From Saprospiraceae bacterium (GTDB lineage: Bacteria; Bacteroidota; Bacteroidia; Chitinophagales; Saprospiraceae): a DNA stretch of 64,000 nucleotides. The translations under genes were made by a program, and so were the position numbers. Position 1 is the stretch's first letter. Each line of letters starts with the position of its first letter. Shown here one piece after another: positions 56,227 through 64,000 of the stretch. The DNA is taken from assembly GCA_013001975.1 (NCBI GenBank), contig JABDKX010000215.1, positions 12,038 to 76,037 on the forward strand, in the 5' to 3' direction. Below the pieces are notes generated by a model, which was given only the letters and a program-made list of their open reading frames with translations, was not told the origin of the DNA and did no database searches.

Positions 56227-57564
56227 ATGTTTAAAAAAGTATTGATTGCAAATAGAGGTGAAATCGCTCTTAGGGTTATCAGAACATGTAAAGAAATGGG
56301 TATCAGCACAGTAGCTGTATATTCAAAAGCAGATAAAGAAAGTCTTCATGTTCGATTTGCTGATGAAGCTGTTTGTATTGGACCTGCTAGTTCAGCGGAA
56401 TCATATTTAAGTATTACAAAAATTATGGCAGCTGTTGAAATAACCAATGCGGATGCCGTACATCCTGGATATGGTTTTTTAGCAGAGAATGCTGACTTTG
56501 CTGAAGTATGTGAAGAATATGGTGTGAAATTTATTGGCCCTAGTGCATCGATGATCCGTTCAATGGGAGATAAAATTACAGCCAAAGAAACAATGATCAA
56601 GGCAAAGGTTCCTGTTGTGCCTGGTTCAGATGGCGCTGTTAAAACTGTAAAAGAAGGACTGAAAATAGCAAAGAAAATTGGCTATCCTATTATTTTAAAA
56701 GCTACAGCAGGTGGTGGCGGTAAAGGTATGCGTATTGTTTATCACGAAGATGAGTTTGAGGATCAAATGGATCGTGCACAACAAGAAGCCAGTGCATCAT
56801 TCGGTAATGATACGATGTATTTAGAAAAATTTATTGAAGAACCTCGTCACATTGAAATTCAAATTATTGGTGACCAACATGGAAATGTTGTGCATTTATC
56901 TGAAAGAGATTGTTCAATTCAACGTAGGCATCAGAAACTATTAGAAGAATCTCCTTCTCCTTTTATGGATCAAAAGTTGAGAAAGAAAATGGGTGAAGCT
57001 GCAATCAAGGCAGGTAAATCCATCAATTACGAAGGCGCTGGAACTGTAGAATTTCTAGTAGATAAATATAGAAAATTCTATTTCATGGAAATGAATACTA
57101 GAATTCAAGTTGAGCATCCAGTTACCGAAGAGGTAATAAATCGAGATTTAATAAAAGAGCAAATTAAAGTGGCTGCTGGAGAAGAATTGAGTGGTGAAAA
57201 TTACTACCCAACGCTTCACTCTATTGAATGCAGAATAAATGCCGAAGATCCTTATCATGATTTTCGTCCAAGTCCAGGTTACATTTCTTCTTTCCATAGT
57301 CCTAAGGGCCATGGTGTTAGAGTGGATACTCATGTTTATGCCGGTTATAGTGTGCCTCCTTATTATGATTCTATGATTGCAAAATTGATTTGTAAAGCTG
57401 AAACAAGAGAGGAGTGTATAAAAAAAATGTCAAGAGCATTGGATGAGTTTATTATTGAAGGCATTAAAACTACCGTTCCTTTTCATCAACAATTAATGAA
57501 AGATGAAAGGTTTTTATCTGGGAATGTAACAACAAAGTTCATGGAGGACTTTGAATTAAAATAA
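56227..57564 (+). CDS. accC: Acetyl-CoA carboxylase biotin carboxylase subunit
   Basis: N-terminus [19 protein letters not shown]-grasp motifs ([22 protein letters not shown]), 445 aa. Confidence 0.95.
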   Translation: MFKKVLIANRGEIALRVIRTCKEMGISTVAVYSKADKESLHVRFADEAVCIGPASSAESYLSITKIMAAVEITNADAVHPGYGFLAENADFAEVCEEYGVKFIGPSASMIRSMGDKITAKETMIKAKVPVVPGSDGAVKTVKEGLKIAKKIGYPIILKATAGGGGKGMRIVYHEDEFEDQMDRAQQEASASFGNDTMYLEKFIEEPRHIEIQIIGDQHGNVVHLSERDCSIQRRHQKLLEESPSPFMDQKLRKKMGEAAIKAGKSINYEGAGTVEFLVDKYRKFYFMEMNTRIQVEHPVTEEVINRDLIKEQIKVAAGEELSGENYYPTLHSIECRINAEDPYHDFRPSPGYISSFHSPKGHGVRVDTHVYAGYSVPPYYDSMIAKLICKAETREECIKKMSRALDEFIIEGIKTTVPFHQQLMKDERFLSGNVTTKFMEDFELK

Positions 57565-57656
57565 ATACCAATTTTCAAATACATCGTCTTGCTTCTGCGT
57601 TTCTTTGTATGTAAACCATCTATTTGTTTTAATTTTCAAAAACTTACTTGCTCGGC

Positions 57657-59459
57657 ATGCAAGATTTAACCAAACTTTTTAAATACTTATCGCCTTACCA
57701 AGCTAACGTATACGTAAGTATTTTATGTCATATTTTAATGGCCATTTTTACGGTTATATCTATTCCTCTTATTATTCCATTTTTTCATTTTTTATTTTCA
57801 ACAACGCCACAAACCTCAACACCACCTGAAGGTCTTTTAGATGTCATCGGCTGGTTAGAATACTATTTTGTCAAGCTTATAGATTTGAATGGTCCTGAGA
57901 AAGCTTTGATTTATACGTGTGTCTTTTTATTAGCGACGATTTTTTTAAAAAATGTATTCAGATATTTAGCAATGTACTTTATGGTTCCTGTTAGGAGCGG
58001 TGTTGTTCGTGATTTAAGAAATAAGTTATACAAGAACTATATCAATTTTACATATCAAAAGAAAAAGGACTCTAAAAGAGGAGATCTGTTAACACGGATT
58101 AATACGGATGTACAGGAAATTGAATGGAATATTTTAAGGTTTATCGACACAATTATTAAGTCTCCAATAATTATTGCAGGTGCTATATTATTAATGCTCA
58201 GTATTAGTTACAAATTAACGGCCTTTGTATTTGTCCTTATGTTATTTACGCTTGTAATTATTGGCACGCTCTCTAAACAATTAAAAAGGCAATCTAATGA
58301 CTTGCAAATGGGCATATCAAATTTGACATCACTTATTGACGAAACGTTAGATGGTGCAATGTTGCTCAATATATATCGTGTTAAAAATATTTGGATAAAT
58401 AAATTTAAGAAAGCAAACGATCAAGTCAAGAGTAAGTTTAATCAAGTTACACGAAGGCAAGAATTGTCTTCTCCTTTATCGGAATTTTTAGGAGTAGGTG
58501 TTGTTGTAGTCCTATTGTGGTATGGTGCCAAATTAGTAATGGCTGATGAATTAGAGCCTGAAGCTTTTTTTGCATTTGTATTGGCATTCTACCATGTTAT
58601 AGAACCACTAAAATCATTCTCTACCGCCTATTACTTTATAAAAAAAGGAGCGGCTTCTTTAGACAGAATTGAGGCGATTAAAACTGAATTACCTAATGAA
58701 GTTGGAAGTGGAAATCAAAAGTTTGATTTCAAATCTGAAATTTCTTTTGAAAATGTGACTTGTAAGTATGAAGAAAAGGACGTCATTAAAAATCTTAATC
58801 TTAAGATTGCAAAAGGCAAGAAAGTAGCTTTAGTGGGTGCATCAGGTTCAGGAAAATCTACATTAATCAGATCTTTATTAAAAATCATTCAACCTGTTGA
58901 TGGATCAATTTATATTGATGGTGTTAATATTAATGATATTGAAACGAACAATATTTATAGTCAAATTGGTTACGTAACACAAGATGCATTTCTTTACAAT
59001 GATACCATTAGAAATAATATTTTGTTAGGGCGATCAGGTGTATCAGATGCTAAAATCATGGCATGTTTGGAATTGGCTTTCGCAGATCAATTTATTTCTA
59101 ATTTACCATTAGGCTTGGATACAGTTATAGGTGATAGAGGCGCTTCGTTGAGCGGAGGAGAGCAGCAACGAATAACCATTGCAAGGGCTTTGATAGATGA
59201 TCCAGAAATATTAATTTTAGATGAACCAACATCGGCATTAGATCCTGAATCAGAAAGAAAGGTGAGTCAAGCAATAATAAACATCCTCAAAGATCGAACA
59301 GCTATTATTGTGGCACACAGATTATCGACTATCAAATTTGTAGATGAAATTTATGTTTTGGATAAAGGACACGTTGTTGAATCTGGATCACATGAGCAAT
59401 TATCTACCAATCAAGGGATCTATGCTAATTATGTAAACATTCAATCAATAAATAATTGA
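57657..59459 (+). CDS. ABC transporter, fused permease/ATPase exporter (MsbA-like)
   Basis: Six N-terminal TM segments, Walker A GASGSGKST, signature LSGGEQQR, Walker B ILILDEPTSALD. The ATG at 57657 is preferred over the TTG at 57648. Confidence 0.9.
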   Translation: MQDLTKLFKYLSPYQANVYVSILCHILMAIFTVISIPLIIPFFHFLFSTTPQTSTPPEGLLDVIGWLEYYFVKLIDLNGPEKALIYTCVFLLATIFLKNVFRYLAMYFMVPVRSGVVRDLRNKLYKNYINFTYQKKKDSKRGDLLTRINTDVQEIEWNILRFIDTIIKSPIIIAGAILLMLSISYKLTAFVFVLMLFTLVIIGTLSKQLKRQSNDLQMGISNLTSLIDETLDGAMLLNIYRVKNIWINKFKKANDQVKSKFNQVTRRQELSSPLSEFLGVGVVVVLLWYGAKLVMADELEPEAFFAFVLAFYHVIEPLKSFSTAYYFIKKGAASLDRIEAIKTELPNEVGSGNQKFDFKSEISFENVTCKYEEKDVIKNLNLKIAKGKKVALVGASGSGKSTLIRSLLKIIQPVDGSIYIDGVNINDIETNNIYSQIGYVTQDAFLYNDTIRNNILLGRSGVSDAKIMACLELAFADQFISNLPLGLDTVIGDRGASLSGGEQQRITIARALIDDPEILILDEPTSALDPESERKVSQAIINILKDRTAIIVAHRLSTIKFVDEIYVLDKGHVVESGSHEQLSTNQGIYANYVNIQSINN

Positions 59460-60541
59460 GAAACCAATTAAGACATATTCTTGTATCTGTAATGGTTATA
59501 TTCATATGCAACCTTGGATTAAGTCAAGATGTTCATGAGTTTTCGATTGGAGATACTTTTTATAGGTACAGTGCTAACCTCTACAATAAATTCAATAAGT
59601 TTAGTGAAATAGGATTACAGTATTTGGATTTTTCGTGTGCCGAAGAAGTTGTTGTTAAAAAAGCATCTCACCCCAACACAACCTTGGAACTACATTCAGA
59701 TTTACGACAAGATTATAGGCAAATTTCAGGTGTTCAGATGATTGCGACTGGGGGAAGGATGATTGACCCTTTTCTTGGACTAACGCCCATTGAGATAAAT
59801 TTAAAGTCACCTATTCCCATTTCAAGGTCTGCCAACAAAGATGTATTGTATCACAAGACCAATGATAACTTTTTTGTTGAGTTCAGCACGGATGAATTGT
59901 ATGGTGAAATTAAAATTTGGGCTGAGAAAAATGAAGTCACAAATATAAGAGTGTTATGCGATGTGCATTGGTCCACTGTTTATAAAAGAAAAGACAGTTT
60001 TGATAATCTGGAAGGCATCATACAAGGTTTTGTTGTTGAAAATATTCTTGATTTTAGTGTAATTACACTAGAAGTTAAGAAGCGAGATTGGGTGGTTTAT
60101 AATTTCACTTCGGAGCGCGTTTTGTCTGAAGCTTTTATAAAAAAGACAATTCGATATCAAAGTTTTTACGATAATCGTTCTATCGCCGAAGTTGTAAGAT
60201 ATTATCAATCGCCTTCATTTGCTATTGAGTTCAATACAAAATATAAAAGTGAAGATTTGCCTTTATGCTCCAATGGATCACAAGAAATATATTTATTTCC
60301 TAACCCAACTTTTCATAATGTAAAATTGAGGTTTTTAAATGCCAAGCCAGGAAATTATACTTTCAATCTTATCAATATAATTGGGAAACCTATTTGGACT
60401 TATAGTTTTAACATCACAAAAGTTCATCAAGAGATTTTGCTTCCAATGCCCAGCTTTTCAAAAGGTATTTATTTGTACAACATTAAAAATGCTTTTGGAA
60501 AACGGATGCAATCCAGACGATTAACCATTGTCGATCCTTAA
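59456..60541 (+). CDS. Hypothetical secreted protein with a T9SS type A sorting domain
   Basis: Signal-peptide-like N-terminus MRNQLRHILVSVMVIFICNLGLSQ. C-terminal IYLFPNPTFHNVKLRF...FSKGIYLYNIKN tail. The TTG start overlaps the ABC gene stop (TTGA). An alternative ATG lies at 59492. Confidence 0.65.
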   Translation: MRNQLRHILVSVMVIFICNLGLSQDVHEFSIGDTFYRYSANLYNKFNKFSEIGLQYLDFSCAEEVVVKKASHPNTTLELHSDLRQDYRQISGVQMIATGGRMIDPFLGLTPIEINLKSPIPISRSANKDVLYHKTNDNFFVEFSTDELYGEIKIWAEKNEVTNIRVLCDVHWSTVYKRKDSFDNLEGIIQGFVVENILDFSVITLEVKKRDWVVYNFTSERVLSEAFIKKTIRYQSFYDNRSIAEVVRYYQSPSFAIEFNTKYKSEDLPLCSNGSQEIYLFPNPTFHNVKLRFLNAKPGNYTFNLINIIGKPIWTYSFNITKVHQEILLPMPSFSKGIYLYNIKNAFGKRMQSRRLTIVDP

Positions 60542-60553
60542 GTTGACCTAAAT

Positions 60554-60587
60554 AAAAAAAGGCCTACCAAATGGTAAGCCTTTTTTT
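60554..60587. terminator. Bidirectional rho-independent terminator between convergent genes
   Basis: A-run, stem GGCCTACCA / TGGTAAGCC (one mismatch), then a T-run TTTTTTT. Confidence 0.75.
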
Positions 60588-60608
60588 ATTTATTCTAAAG
60601 AAGCGATT

Positions 60609-62267
<1,659 letters not shown>

Positions 62268-62295
62268 TTAAAAACTGAATAAATTAAGGAATAAA

Positions 62296-62559
62296 TTATA
62301 AGATAACTAAGATGTCATCTTCTCTCATAATAAGGTAATCTTCACCTTCGTAATTAAGTTCTTGTCCAGCGTACTTGCCGTAAAGAACTGTATTTCCTTT
62401 TTTTACAGTCATGGCGTTGCCATCTTTTCCTGGCCCTACTGCTATGACTTTCCCTTTTTGCGGTTTTTCTTTTGCAGTATCAGGTAATATTATACCACCT
62501 GCTGTTTTCGTTTCTGCCTTTGCAGGCTTCACAACAACTCTATCGTTAATAGGCTTCAT
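62296..62559 (-). CDS. groS: Co-chaperonin GroES
   Basis: 87 aa. [11 protein letters not shown]...TAGGIILPD mobile-loop region, directly upstream of groEL. Confidence 0.95.
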   Translation of the reverse strand: MKPINDRVVVKPAKAETKTAGGIILPDTAKEKPQKGKVIAVGPGKDGNAMTVKKGNTVLYGKYAGQELNYEGEDYLIMREDDILVIL

Positions 62560-62725
62560 GAATACAATTTATATTGATTAAGTAAAGAATAATTATTTAA
62601 CATAGAAGTACCATCATTAAATGTGCCAATGGAATATCTCTGACATATTTGCATATGATGAGGAAAAATGTCAGAAATTAGGCAGCTAAGCCATTACTGA
62701 CAAGACAAAATGACAATGATGTTGA

Positions 62726-62992
62726 TTAGTTAGGACCAGATAATAATCCAGAGTCACCAGCAGAACCAGATACGATTACTGCAGTAATTATTGCAAGAAC
62801 AAACATTGAAATCGCAAGACCCCAAGTAAGTTTTTCAATAAAATCAGTAGATCTAGCAGCACCAAACACTTGGTTAGCACCTTGTCCTCCAAAAGTTGAG
62901 TCAACACCTCCTCCTTTTGGATTTTGAATAAGTACAACCGCCATTAATAGAATTCCATTTAAAGCTATTAGTATTGTTAATGCTGTAATCAT
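62726..62992 (-). CDS. secG: Preprotein translocase subunit SecG
   Basis: 88 aa with two TM helices. LIQNPKGGG motif after TM1. Confidence 0.85.
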   Translation of the reverse strand: MITALTILIALNGILLMAVVLIQNPKGGGVDSTFGGQGANQVFGAARSTDFIEKLTWGLAISMFVLAIITAVIVSGSAGDSGLLSGPN

Positions 62993-63948
62993 TAGATTTC
63001 CTTTTTTAATTTTTCAATTAGAGCCGCAAAGAAACTACTTTTTTTGGGATTTTTCAAGCTTAAACGTTCATAGATGTCGATGGCTTTGCGAATATATCCT
63101 TGTTCGGCATAAAGTTCGGCTAGGGTTTGGGTAGCAATATCATCTTTCTTAACAATACTCTTTGATATTTTAGCTTTTAACGCAGCTTTTCGCTTAGATT
63201 TCTTACCTTTTTTATCCTTTTTGTCCTTCTTTTTAGAAGATTTCTTGCTCTTTATCTTTTTTGATTTCTTCTCTTCTTTTTTTGCGTCATTAGAAAGATT
63301 AAGTGCTTTTTTGTCATTTTCCTTCAGACTATTAATCCAAATCGTATATGCATCAAGGTTTGTTTCAAGTTGAGGCTTAAAAACCATACCTTCTTTCTTT
63401 TTACGCTTCTTTGCATCTTTCTTTTTAGAGGCTTTTTTCTTTGATTTTGAAGGCTCGCTGATTAATGATTTCGCTTTTTTTAGAGGTTTAGCCTTTTTGC
63501 CAATTTTCTTCTTTTTCTTTTTAGGACCTAAAGGAGCTGCTTTTTTCTTCTTTTTTGGATTGATCGGCTTTATTTCTACCGATTCCTGCACCTTAATTTC
63601 ATTGACAGGTTGATTTTCAGTTCTGTTTTCAACTGTCTCAATCGCAGCAGCATTTTCTTTTACCTGCTTTTTAATTTTTTTCTTAGACTTGTTTTTTGAC
63701 TTTTTAGACTTAGATTTCAATTCTATTGTATGAAAATTAATCGCATCTTCTTTAGTCTCAAATGTAGAAGGTTGAATGCCTTCCATCCAAGAATACTGAA
63801 AAAGTGGAAATTTATTATCCTGATCTGATTTAGAATTAATAAAATGAAGCGATTGAGAAAATGGCGCCTTTTTAATCTTCTTCTTTAAGATTTCCGGATC
63901 TGGACTTTTATCCTTCTTGATGATATTTCCTATAGAATCTTTCGCCAT
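62992..63948 (-). CDS. Lysine-rich (histone H1-like low-complexity) protein with a C-terminal TPR-like helix pair
   Basis: 318 aa. Long K/S/A tracts (KSKSKKSKNKSKKKIKK, PKKKKKKIGKKAKPLKKAK, SKKKDKKDKKGKKSKRKAALKAK). C-terminus LAELYAEQGYIRKAIDIYERLSLKNP. Its stop overlaps the secG start (TAATG). Confidence 0.7.
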   Translation of the reverse strand: MAKDSIGNIIKKDKSPDPEILKKKIKKAPFSQSLHFINSKSDQDNKFPLFQYSWMEGIQPSTFETKEDAINFHTIELKSKSKKSKNKSKKKIKKQVKENAAAIETVENRTENQPVNEIKVQESVEIKPINPKKKKKAAPLGPKKKKKKIGKKAKPLKKAKSLISEPSKSKKKASKKKDAKKRKKKEGMVFKPQLETNLDAYTIWINSLKENDKKALNLSNDAKKEEKKSKKIKSKKSSKKKDKKDKKGKKSKRKAALKAKISKSIVKKDDIATQTLAELYAEQGYIRKAIDIYERLSLKNPKKSSFFAALIEKLKKEI

Positions 63949-64000
63949 TTAGTTTTAATGTGTCATAAAGGAAAGAAATATATTTCAATATTCTTAGTGA

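Noticed and set aside
62560-62725. Searched for a CIRCE (HrcA) operator upstream of groES.
   Set aside because: No TTAGCACTC-N9-GAGTGCTAA-like sequence is present on either strand. Only the CTGACA/TGTCAG repeats reported as a finding were seen.

Overview
AT-rich, densely coding chromosomal segment (about 50 CDS, one tRNA) with no rRNA, CRISPR array, transposase, integrase or recognisable prophage or defence genes. It is clearly from a member of the Bacteroidota. It carries the type IX secretion (T9SS)/gliding core operon porP-gldK-gldL-gldM-gldN, the T9SS response regulator PorX, and five proteins with T9SS C-terminal sorting domains (three type A, two type B), including SprB-repeat adhesins. 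The rest is mostly housekeeping: recG, rbfA, purA, rimK, tRNA-Leu-tig-clpP-clpX, glyA, a RelA/SpoT homolog plus fur, tatC, fabH-efp-accB-accC, groES-groEL and secG. I did not find a classic accessory island, so the window reads as core genome with a cell-surface and envelope emphasis. The items most worth a second look are these. (1) A 1,495-aa exported protein built from about 47 copies of a strict 23-residue repeat, interrupted by two OmpA-like domains and ending in a PG_binding_1-like domain. (2) A metal ABC-transporter permease fused to a complete DtxR/MntR-like regulator, abutting a RelA/SpoT-fur operon. (3) A tightly coupled rimK / AstE-AspA-type zinc deacylase / PBP4 operon followed by a methyltransferase-fold lipoprotein. 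(4) A glycosyltransferase module whose third gene has an open, clearly coding N-terminal frame but no canonical start codon. (5) A T9SS cargo cluster with type B cargo lacking adjacent PorP/SprF partners, and a 543-bp non-coding leader with a perfect 14-bp palindrome. (6) A thioredoxin-SPOR fusion. (7) A lysine-rich protein translationally coupled to secG. All family assignments come from motif recognition by eye; no database search or computation was run.
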